This document shows positions 52,650 through 64,000 of a stretch of 64,000 nt of DNA, in pieces. The stretch's first letter is position 1, and the number at the start of each line of letters is the position of its first letter. Location: NCBI GenBank assembly GCA_964016885.1, contig OZ024742.1:214706001-214770000 (forward strand), given 5' to 3'. The translations under genes and the position numbers were made by a program. This DNA is from Eledone cirrhosa (lineage: Eukaryota). A model generated the notes under the pieces. It was given only the letters and a program-made list of their open reading frames with translations, did not search any database and had not been told where the DNA came from.

Positions 52650-53200
52650 CCCGATCTTCAAACAATCCTTCCAGAAGGTCCTGTCAGGAGCTACCACCTC
52701 CAACTGATCAGGCCAAATCCGAAAGAAAAACCAGCCAAGCTCATGGATATTATTCAAACATCTTGTGCGGTGTTTACCCCTAGCTCTCCTGCCGGCTAAT
52801 TTTGCCGATAAAATGTGTCCAGCGATTCTTTCCAGAGACATTTTAATCACATGCCCGTAGTATCGGAGCTGTGATCACTTATATCGGAGAAGTGGCAACT
52901 CTACCTGGAGTGACTCTCTGATCTCCGAGCTAGGCATTCTATTGAGTAAGGTTGCTCCAAAACCCTTTCGAAGAACCCCTTTTCGGCCGCTTGTATTCGC
53001 GATCATATTCTTTCATTCATTACGCAAGATTCATGACCATATGTAATAGTTGGCACGAATACCAAATTGAAGATAGCGAATTTTGCTTTTTGTTTTCTGC
53101 ACCATATTGCAGTTTCGGTTTCGGTTATCAACTTTGCGCCAGTCACTGCTTTGTCAAACATGCGAAGAAAACGCTTTTTTAGAGGGAGCCTTTACTGGCT
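52650..53200 (-). mobile_element. Decayed RTE-clade (Rex3/Expander-like) LINE 3' fragment
   Basis: FVPTITYGHE, SRIQAAE, SQLRYYGHV, GRRARGK, DRTFW. Confidence 0.72.
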
Positions 53201-53889
53201 TCGTCATACCTACGTCTCGAGGCTGTTAGAGTTTTCTTGGGAGCAACATATGTCACTCATTGCTCTATCTCCCCTAGTAGTCACTTACGTGTATATATAT
53301 ACATATATATATATAATTTGGGATATATTTACGATTTTCAGTTGTTTGTGAGCTAACTCCATGTGGCGTTAACTCGAATTACGTGATGCTTTTTCCAAAA
53401 TCAAATAGTTCTTTCACAAAATTTGACCTGTTTTACTTCTCAGGATTGTTAATAATTCAGAGAAAAACGGTCGGTTATAATTTGATTTAACGCACTTCAT
53501 TGGATGTATCTTTATTAATGAGCAGTTGCATCAACGAAATATTCATTTTTGAATTAAGATGTCATATTCTTTGTAAACACTAGCTATTAATATTTTAATA
53601 ATATTGTTAAATTTCCGAGTGGCTTCGGTTGAATTGCTCTTATGTTCCATTGCATAGAATAATTCATTCAGATATTAGAAATATTGCAAATGACAAGCAT
53701 CGGCCAACATTACTGACCGATATTATTACACTTTAGCTTTACCTCAATACTCAGCTTATTTTATTTTAAGCAACACTAAAATACTAAATTATTTAACATC
53801 TTACATTAATCGGTTTTAACAACTGCAGTGAGAATATTATGAAGCAAATTTGATGGAAATATAATTAATATAAAAATCGATTTAACTTG

Positions 53890-54050
53890 TGGAGGCACGT
53901 GGCCTAGTGGTAAGGCTGTTGTACTTACGATCATGTCGTGGGTTCGATTCCTAGGCTGGGTTGCGTGTTGTGTTCTCCAATTCAGTATACTGCGATGGAC
54001 TGGCATCCTGTCCAGGGGTTGTTTTCTACTCTTAGTCGTTTCACGCCTAA
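53890..54050 (+). mobile_element. tRNA-derived SINE
   Basis: A box tggcctagtgg, B box gggttcgattcc, tgcgatggactggcatcctgtccagggg body. Confidence 0.7.
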
Positions 54051-54679
54051 CGAGCCTTCTGGCTTAAGTCAGACTTAGAGACTTGGATTCAGCCAAACTC
54101 CTTTTCTCACTTGCTAGTCGATCTCATCTGTAGTTAGTTTAAAAGGCTGTCATTAGCTTTTGGTGACATTATGTTCATAAGAATATAATCACTTGCGCTC
54201 TTATATCCTGTCACAGGTGATCAACGGAAGGCTTCCAATTGTATAGGTGAGCAGGACATGATTAACAACTGTTTATGGCTCCCAATTGTATGCATAGGCT
54301 AGCACGATGTGATTAACAATTTCTATAAAAGTCCCATGAATATATATCAATTATTGAATATACTTCTGATTTTATGCCATGCATGAGAAAAAGTGCATGG
54401 CATAAAATCACATGTATGTACCCGAAGGAGCCATTTTCTATAATTTGTCGCATTCATTGATATAATCATTTTTTGTGTACGAAATCGGAAAGTATAATAG
54501 GGAATTATATCTTTAAATGTTCGGAGATTATCCTTAGAATAGATATAATGGGGAGAATTGGTGTCGATAAGAAATTATAGCTTTTAACGTTAGAAAATAA
54601 AATTTGGATTTTTGCATTTTCATTGGTTTAACATAAAGGTTCTGAGTAGTATTAGTAGTAGCAGGCCTGCTACCGTTGC

Positions 54680-54715
54680 TACTGCTGCTACTACTACTAC
54701 TACTACTACTACTAT

Positions 54716-54761
<46 letters not shown>

Positions 54762-54762
54762 G
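54680..54762. repeat. (CTA)n microsatellite
   Basis: Direct reading. Confidence 0.95.
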
Positions 54763-55940
54763 CATTAGAGAAAACAGTAAAATCGTCATTATTTAAAGGA
54801 GGGATTTTTAATAAAATTTACTATTAATATGTTATATATATTTCGAACAGTTGATATCTATATACCAGCATCCCACATTGTTTCCGTGGATCGTTAGCAG
54901 AGTATATATAACGCAGATTCTTAGTAAAATTATGGCTCCAAGGCTCGGGCAACTAATTACGGTGAAATATTATTAAGGGTGTTAGACACACTTCGATTTT
55001 TCACATGTACCCATATATATCTTATCACATATTTTAAAGGTTCAGGAATTCTATGTTCCGATGCTAACTGATTCTTCGTTTTCCATTTTATATATATATA
55101 TATATATATATACATACATATATACATATATACACACACTCACACACAGCCACATACACACACACACATACACACACACACACATATATATGTGTGTGTG
55201 TGTGTGTATGTGTGTGGGTGTGGGTGTGGGTGTGTGTCTGTGTGTCTGTGTGTCTGTGTCTGTGGCTGTGTGTGAGTGTGTGTATATGTGTATATATGTA
55301 TGTATATATATACATGTATCCCAGTACAATCTGTCTCATGGTCGGGTCGTTGGCGACTAAACTGGCAACTCCACCAAGGTTTCTTGGTGAAGTGGGTGAC
55401 TTTGGACATCCTGCAGGACTAAAAACTAAACCTGTCAAAGGGCAAAGGACCTCTTAAGAGTCAATGGCCATCCAAAATCACCGGGAGAGATGACCCCTTA
55501 GCCTTTGTCAAGGCAGAATTCTAGGAGAAGGAAAACTCTGATATAACACCTGCAACCCTGATGGTATCCAATGATGTTGACTTGTTCTTCTTTTTGGTAA
55601 ATATCATCTTGGTTAAGAGAGTGGGACTGGCTTTGTGCAGTGCCTTTCCTCACTATAAAAGCTTCATGGCACAGGCATTGCTTTATATCTGGAGATCTCT
55701 CTGCCCTTATCATCACATGGTACCATGGGCCCAGCAATATGTGTCAATAATTGTCACAAGTGTAGTGTTTGTACCAGAGTTTTCAAGTTGCTGGCTGGAC
55801 TAAAAAGTCACACTCGTTCAGCGCATCGGTAGGGGTTCTCCTACATGGATATAAAGTAATGGCCGTACTCGAAAACGAGTTGGCAGCCATCATATATATA
55901 TATATATATATAAAATGGAAAACGAAGAATCATTTAGATT

Positions 55941-56192
55941 CGGAACTCAATTTATTACGTATTACAAATGTTTCTCCGGCGAAGAGCTCGAGGTGTGATT
56001 TGTTGGTGGATCGACCTGACACTGGATTCGCAAGTTCCTTAGATAAGTCTGTAACCAACAGACGTATCTGATATACTTTGTAACCAACAGACGAATCTGA
56101 GGAACTTGCGAATCGAGAGTCAGGTCGATCCCCCAACAGATCGCACCTCGAGCCGGAAAAACATTTGCAATACGCAATAAATTGAGTCTCCG
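55941..56192. repeat. Imperfect foldback (~105-bp arms) with a central direct repeat tgtaaccaacagacg
   Basis: 55941-56044 versus 56095-56192. Confidence 0.82.
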
Positions 56193-56912
56193 ATACTTTG
56201 TAGGCATTGCTTTTGGGAAACACACCAAGGAGCATGCACTTCTTGAAAAACATTAGGAATTATAATGCTGCTTACTTAATGACCTCCTTTGGTAGGTATA
56301 TTATAAGAGATAAGGGAACATGAAGCTAACCATTAAAGTTCAAGTATATCATCGTATTGGATCTTTGTTGCCAACTGAAGGCAAAAATCATTAGTTTTTA
56401 CAGCTATATTTTGTGGCGAATTAACAGGAGCAGGCTTTGCAATGGTCATTTAACCATCTAAATTTGAAAGAAGAGTTAATATTTGATCTGCAAGATATGT
56501 TACATGCAAATAATAGCTAAATTTGAAACTTCAAGTATGCATTAGAATCTGCACCACCCACTGAATAAAAGATAGTTATTGATGCAGACAAAAAGCATGT
56601 TGCTGAACAAAGAGGCCACTACAATTCCCCTGCTGCAAATAAAGTGACAGCAATTATTACAGGCGGCAAGTATGGACAAAGATATATTATTATTGAAGAA
56701 AGAGGAAATAAGATGCAGTGGATAAATGCAACCAACCGAACATAGGATGCATTCCAGTATCCATTAATCTGTGTTTTGGCCAAGATGGTTATCTCTTCGG
56801 TATAAAAAATAAAAAAGTTTAAAACAAGAGCTCTTACACTGACAAAAACAGTAAGCTGCATGGAATTCTAAGATTACCTTTTTATATTAAGAGAGCAAGA
56901 CTTCAATATTAC
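56190..56912 (+). pseudogene. Helitron RepHel N-terminal fragment
   Basis: FLKNIRNYNAAYLMTSFG, VYHRIGSLLP, FLQLYF, IDADK, YNSPAANKVTAII, DAFQYPL, GQDGY, KTVSCMEF. Confidence 0.85.
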
Positions 56913-56928
56913 ATACCCCCCCCCCCCC

Positions 56929-56962
<34 letters not shown>

Positions 56963-57313
56963 CTTTTTCCAATTTGTTTTGGGAGATTTCTTATCTGAAA
57001 GCGTGTTTTGAAACATATTGTTATACTTTGTGAGGGTCATGTTGCCAACCAAAATTAAACAGAAAACATGAATGGAATAGCAACATCACAACTAGCAATT
57101 AAGGACAAAAAAAAAGACATACAGACACATACAGAAAAATAACAAAACAAATCAGACGCACACAGATAGAACAAACAACTAACAAGTGACAAGTAAATAA
57201 TAACATAAATATATAAATAAAAATACACACACACACGGATATGACACACGCGCAATCTAAGTACACACCACACAACACACAAAAAACAAGATGGTGAAGG
57301 ACAGAAAAAAGGA

Positions 57314-57404
57314 AAGCAGCATTATAATTCCTAATGTTTTTCAAGAAGTGCATGCTCCTTGGTGTGTTTCCCAAAAGTAATGCCTACAAAGTATCGGAAC
57401 TCAA
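57314..57404 (-). repeat. Inverted duplicate of 56182-56273
   Basis: ~90-bp near-identical reverse complement. Confidence 0.88.
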
Positions 57405-57568
57405 CATAAAAACCTTGTCATTGTGTGACGAAAGAGCTTCGACAATATATAAACAACCTTCCGATTATCGAACCAACCAACCAAACGGAAATTCATAATA
57501 AATTGAAGTGAAAATCAAGAAGTGCGTGTGTATTTATTGCGGGCTTTACACTTTACACTCACAAATTA

Positions 57569-57611
<43 letters not shown>

Positions 57612-58310
57612 TAATCAACTTGTTTTGCGAGGTTTTTGATATGAAATCGTGTGTCGACCCTTCCCAAGTATAAAAATATCTTAATAAACGATTTCTCTTT
57701 AATCCTTTCTTGTATGGCAGTTGAATTTAAAAATAGACCCGATTCTTTTTCTTTTGAACATTATTTGAAAGACGTGTTGTTGCTTAGAATGTTATCGTCC
57801 TTAATGGAACAGACATCTCATTTTAGGAATTACATGCATGACAATCTCTATATTTCAGTATGTTTAGTTATAAATTATTCAAAAGGCCAACTTCTTTCAG
57901 ACGCCACGATGGGATTTGATTGAGAATCTACTATTGTTATTAACAAGTCTGGCGTGCATGAAAAAGCTTCATAGATAGAAGCGAAAAAAGTAAAATGTGA
58001 AATATGTTGCTTAATAAGACGCTATAAATAAAGTAGTAATACTATATTGACGATTGCTATATTAAAGATATACTTGTTCCTACTTTAGGCTAAATTAAAG
58101 ATTTCGAGATATATATGGGCTTCAAGGATAATCTAGAGGATTATATTTGTGTTAGGGGAGTACACCGTCAGAGAATTCGTAGGTATTCTTATATATATCT
58201 CAAGATATTGAAATGTCATAAGATATCAAATGCGTTCTAGTAAGCATCATAAAAAATAATGGTGACTTTTCTTTTTTCCTTTCATTATTTTTCATTATTT
58301 TCTCCTTCGA

Positions 58311-58500
58311 AGGGCGGTGAATTGGCAGTATCGGTAGAGGGTTGGACGCCATGTTTTCTAGCATAGTTACGTCCCTTTACAGTCTGAGTTCAAATCCCGC
58401 CGAGGTTAACTTTGCCTTTCATCCTTACGGGGTCGATAAAATAAAGTACCAGTAATGTACTGGGTAATTGCTGGCCTTGTGCCTAAAGTAGAAACAATTA
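58311..58500 (+). mobile_element. tRNA-derived Nin-domain SINE (best-preserved copy)
   Basis: tggcagtatcgg, gagttcaaatccc, gcctttcatccttacggggtcgataaaataaagtaccag. Confidence 0.85.
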
Positions 58501-59255
58501 TTTTCTCCTTCGATTGTTTGTTTATTTATTTATCTATTTCTAGCGTTCAATTAATATCATAACGTAGCTAGAACAAATTTTTATCTTATTCACCTAAGAA
58601 AAGAAAAAAAGAAAATCTAAACACATAATATTATTCCCTTGGCAAACAGAAACACGAATGAGAATGCCATTACGGGTTTCAGAACATATCGGATAATTAT
58701 CTAATTGCACATGCGCGTAAATTGTGTATACAGAGGAGAAATATAGCAGGCGGCATTTATGTCGGGAAAGAATATAATATTGTTTCTACATTTGGCACAA
58801 TACCAGCAATTATCCCAGTGTATTACTGGGAAATAATGTAATATTAAATATAATGACGATCATAATTTGCATGGCGTATATGCGTTTGGCAAGGTAATTA
58901 ATTAAATAGTAAATATTCATACCGAATCCAAGTTGATTTAAAATCAGTTGATTTAAAATCCATTTAATGTAAATATAATTACAATACTTTGAATTAGAAA
59001 CCGTCGTGTGAAATAAATGAGCACATTTGATAGTATTCATCCTGTACACGAAGAACACACATAGTATTCATTTACGTGCTTTACAAATAGTTTTTATGTA
59101 GACAGAGAACATAATGATTTTGATGTTTAAATTGCCTTCATTTTACGGGGTAATATACGGATTTATAAATTGAAGTTTGATATACAACTAATGTTCCATT
59201 CTGTATACATATTTAATGTGTAACGCACACACACATACACATATACCCCCCCCCC

Positions 59256-59318
<63 letters not shown>

Positions 59319-62300
59319 AAGAAAGCAAGTGATAGATAGATAGATATATTTATTTATTTATTGCTTATGAATTCCAGGTCTTGTATGCTTTTGTTTTGTG
59401 GTAGAACGTATTTTATTGTGTTACTGAATGTATTGCGATATTTTTTGCTGTGCAATTATATTTTACTTGATGGAACTTGGTGTATTTGGGTTTCATTTAT
59501 TCCTTTATTTTTATTATGATGTTTGATGTGTGTATATAAGGAAAATCATAAGATTTCCTCAACGTGTATTTAGTTTTCATTGTTTATATGTATATAGATA
59601 GATATATATAGATATTTATAGATATTTATAGATAGATATATATATATAGATAGATAGATAGATATATATGTATAGATATTTATAGATAGATAGATGTATA
59701 TTTACACACACACACATATATATATATAGTATGTTCCTATCTATTTACAGAAACGTTACAACTCTTGCAAAAAGTGCTAATCAAACTTAATCAGGTTCTA
59801 AGGCACCATAAATTATCGTGCTGGCCACTATTAAAATTTGTAAATAGATGCCATGTTTGGATTTTGAAATAGATGCGTGCAGATAATCTTCAATGTTACG
59901 AAATACTGCTTCTGATATAATGAAGACATCTGTTCTGGTAGTTTACGTTTGGAATTGTTGTATAAACTCAGTAAAAAATGTATTTCTCCAGTGGGGACTT
60001 TGTTATGTTTTAATCTCTTTCAAAATTATTCCAAAATATAATTTCATGTAAATATTAATCCAAATTGCTCGTGGCTGTTTAACTTCTTTTTATAACTGTC
60101 TTAAATCATCACATTTATCATTGTTGCCATTTACTGTACAGGAAAGTTAGGTACAACCTTTGAGGTCGTCAAGTAATGCATTATTGCAATTAATAATTCG
60201 GATAACGTTTAAAAAACAATTTTCACAATTTTATAGCCATCGCTAAAAGGCTGGTTTACGGCTTCTAATGCTATTTATTAAACGAAATCAAATATGAGTG
60301 TTAGAAATATGTATGCATGCATTTGCAAATATTACTGCATACATTTGCAAATATTACTGCACCTAATGAATTTCTCATAATTATATATAAATGAACATTT
60401 TGTGCCTATGTTACTATATTTAATAGGTTTAAGAATACATTTTACAAAGACATTTCAAACCTAATTTAGAATTTGTACCAAGAAAACAATGTTAAGACTA
60501 TTCTAGATTCAGAGATTCATATCATTTTTTTTTGCATATATATCCACGTAATAATTTAAGGGTATTTTCATATCGTTTATTTTTGACGATTCCATGTGAT
60601 CGAAAGGATAACATAAGTTCCAATAATGAATGGGGTCACTTCAAACTGCAACCCGTTCACTGAAATATGAATACGAGCCATCATATATTTTCCTATGCGT
60701 TCACTACAATTGTTAGGTGCAGTTACCACTTCTCCTTCTGCCCGCCCTCTCTTTCAAGCAACAGCTTCCCCCGCCCCCCATAAAAAGGACACTATCTCTA
60801 ATATAGTCCGTAATGACGGTATTGGTTACAAATATTACGATATTTGTGTAGATAAAAGCTTCAGGACTTCACTGGTATACCATGAAATTACGTATGCCAC
60901 GGTGTTTCTGAGATTTTATGGCTGTATTCAAATTTAAACTAATACCTTTCTTTTTGCATTTACATAAATATATTGTTTACAAATATAACTGTGTAATACT
61001 GAGGCACAGTACATGTAAAAATAATAAACATGTGGTCATTTATGTAAATTATTCAAATAATTACTGACATATATAGTTTTATTAAATAGTTTCATTAATA
61101 TGCTAGTGTCTTTGTCACGTTAATGTACGTATTTAATTCTGAATTCCATTGTTCTAATAATTATTGACTAATTCCTCAGCCAGTTAATATTAATTAATTT
61201 CAGTCATTAACATGTATTTAAATTTAGATTTCTTCCGTCTAATAAATTACTCACTATTTCCTCATCCAGTTATTATTAATTAATTTCAATCAACAAAAAC
61301 GAAATTCAATTGCTTAATTTAAACATGCGGAAATGGTCGTATTTACTAAATTTCATATACCTTATATTGCAGCTAAAATAATTACGCAATCAGTGATAGC
61401 GTTACAAACCAATCTTAGCATGTTGTTTCCTGAATCAATAGAAAAATATAAAGCCTACAAACATGTTTTACTTTAACATCGGTAACAATGGAAATATAGA
61501 ATATTATTGAGCTGTTTACCCAGATTTAGTTAAACATATAATATTTATCATTGTTGTATTTCAAATCTACACGAGCTCTTCATCATACATACTTTTCACC
61601 GCTTTGCATTTGATAAATAAATGCAAACACTTAATCTGAATAAATGTAACAACATTTGAATATATGCCAGCCTCTATACTATAAACACAATACAAAGTAT
61701 TTTCGTTTCAGAGATATTTTTACATTGGTAAGCGAGCTTACATGTGCTCCAGGAACCAACTGGAAGTGAAAGACACACATGTCAGTGTATTAAATGAATA
61801 TTGAATATGTTAGGTTTAGAGGGATCTAATCGCGCGTGAATAAGGAATTAAAATCAACAATTTAGTAAAGATCTATAAGTGATAAAAGGGCCAACATATA
61901 ATAACATGTGGTCTACTGCACATATCTCCATAGACTGATTCTAATTAGAAGAAATATGGAATACTCTTTCTTTATTTTAGTTAACGGCCAGTAGAGTAAT
62001 AACAGATGAGAGAGTTTACTCAACAAATGGGAGCCAATTAATAAATGTTTTCGTTATTAATGCTTTTTATTCCTAGATGGTCAGCTCTAAGAAACATTTC
62101 TGGTATTGAACCCACATAATTATGTTCAGTGAGGAAATCTGAATTAATTACCTATACAGGAATATGCCGAATTACATTCAATGATACAGAACTAATAACA
62201 ACTCTGATGATAGCCATATAAATTATTCACTATGCTATTCAGCTTCTACGTAAGAATGAAATAGGTGAAGTAGTCAGAAACATCGCTTTGAAAATATATA

Positions 62301-63544
62301 GAATATGGAATAAGGGAATTTTCAGAGAATATGATACGCAAAGAAGTTAGTATGTGAATACAGATTTAGTGTTTACAATCTATTTCTTAGCTTCAGGCAT
62401 ATGTATATGTTTGCTCTTTAAACGGAATAAATATCGTTGGTATAGACGGAGAGTCGCGACACTGGTATAGAAAAAAGATTGGTTTCAGCGACTTGATATT
62501 ATTTGTTCAGGTTGTCTGTGAAAAATAGAACAATACATCTCTTTTGCTACAGGCAGGCCCCGAATTGAATTTTCAATTTTCAATTTTCTATTCTCTTTCC
62601 CCTATCATCCACTATATGTTAGGTTTCCACGTAACACTGTTATGTAATTATGTAGAGGTTGCCTGATGAGATCGTCCTGCCTTGCAGCATACTTGGATGA
62701 TGAAGCCGGGACATCCAAATATATCTAATGATTTCACGGAAGGAACATTTTAAAGCAAATCTTTCCAGTCCGACCTTCAATTAATATATATATATATGAG
62801 GACGTTTACTTATATTTAAATGTTTTTTATATGAATGTTTTCATCGCATATTGGTGATGCATATAGGTGATAGAAGCATTCGAATCATAAATCTAGACTG
62901 TTAGGTTTCTTTTTTAAATCGTACTAAAATCGATTTATAGTAATTATGCTCCTATTAAAAATTACAAAATACACCGTGAACGGCATACTCCTCCTGTTGG
63001 TTCTAAGTTTACAGCTGCTTCACTCTCTCACCCACCTCATCATCTTCATCGTCAACATTATTATCAATAACTTCGATTTAATCACAAAAGATATGAGTTT
63101 TATTAATTTTTAGAAAATATATCTAATCTAATGATTAAAATAATTATTGCTAATGTATCACAAGTTTTACTACAAACAGATTGTAAGTAATAGTAGTATA
63201 ACAGCCAGCCACCATGTATTTTAATGGGGTTTTGCTGTTACTTGCAAAGTGTTTCCTGATTTATGCAGACATCAGTAATATTTGCGATTCATAACTTGCA
63301 GTCTTAATATTATTATAGTTTTATCTTATTTCCCTCATTCATGTCCAGTTAATATTCGTGATTCATCTTTCCTGTTTTTATAATGATTAGTAGAATATAA
63401 AATATTATTTTAAAAAGATCAATCAAAACGAAATGCAATTAAACATGAAAAAATATAAACGAAAAATATCCCAAATAGTGCATTTTATTTTCTTGTATTT
63501 TAATTTCACTCAGTTCATTTAAGTAGTGGAAAAAGATATACATG

Positions 63545-63735
63545 ATGTTGTGGGTGGTGGGGTATATCAACCTACAAATCAAGTCAAGAAACTAAACTAT
63601 TTCATGGACGGAATGCAGAAATATGTTGCATGCTGTATTCATTTCGTCTCTTTGAGTTCGAATCCTGCTGCGATCATCTTAAACATTATTTGTTTTGAGG
63701 TCCATAAATACATTACCAATTGAGTAGTAGGGTTC
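63545..63735 (+). mobile_element. Degenerate SINE
   Basis: ctttgagttcgaatcctgctgcg...gaggtccataaatacattaccaattgagta. Confidence 0.45.
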
Positions 63736-64000
63736 ATTATGTGTCTGTATCAGCTCACCGTCTCTCCTTTCCAGGAGGAATACTGCCCTCGAACGGGATG
63801 GACTTTACGAGGTTTATATAACAATTTCACGCCTATGGATGAATCAAAGGTTTATGTCACAGGGCATGTATTTCAATGGCACAACCGAAAAGAAGTGCAT
63901 CAGACATATATCACATTTGAGAACCAGGCCTATTGACGGCTAACAAAAAACAGATTACAGTATGTCCTATTCCACTACAGAAAAACTTTCATTCATTCCT

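Noticed and set aside
57420-57456. ttgt-GTGACGA-aagagcttc-GACA...acaa hammerhead-like motif (similar weak cases near 9716, 12670 and 50680)
   Set aside because: Two or more core mismatches and minimal pairing; cannot be told from chance
62204-62240. CTGATGA followed by a tagc/gcta helix
   Set aside because: No GAAA or cleavage triplet downstream
57650-64000. Host gene exons in the unique AT-rich tail
   Set aside because: No ORF with recognisable domains or a supportable splice-flanked frame; small exons cannot be excluded without RNA-seq

Overview
AT-rich, microsatellite-dense eukaryotic DNA with no recognisable host exon. The SINE and LINE content suggests an octopod/cephalopod genome (inference). 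Nearly everything is transposon-derived: a full-length but decayed RTE LINE, at least six Penelope-like element (PLE) fragments, two tRNA-derived SINE groups, Helitron pieces, and a ~17 kb pile-up (31.4-48.5 kb) of minus-strand Tx1-clade and plus-strand R4/Dong-clade retrotransposons mostly separated by (AAT)n tracts. The standout signal is a set of type I hammerhead ribozymes (HHRs) in four non-coding repeat families. Family A is a tandem array of ~420-bp units with one HHR each plus an inverted head copy (17.9-19.8 kb; retrozyme/circRNA-like). Families B and C share a C.C-mismatch stem II and sit in foldback structures. Family D HHRs lie in PLE pseudo-LTRs and carry an 82-nt insert in stem II. 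All helices were paired by eye and no database search was run, so novelty is unverified.
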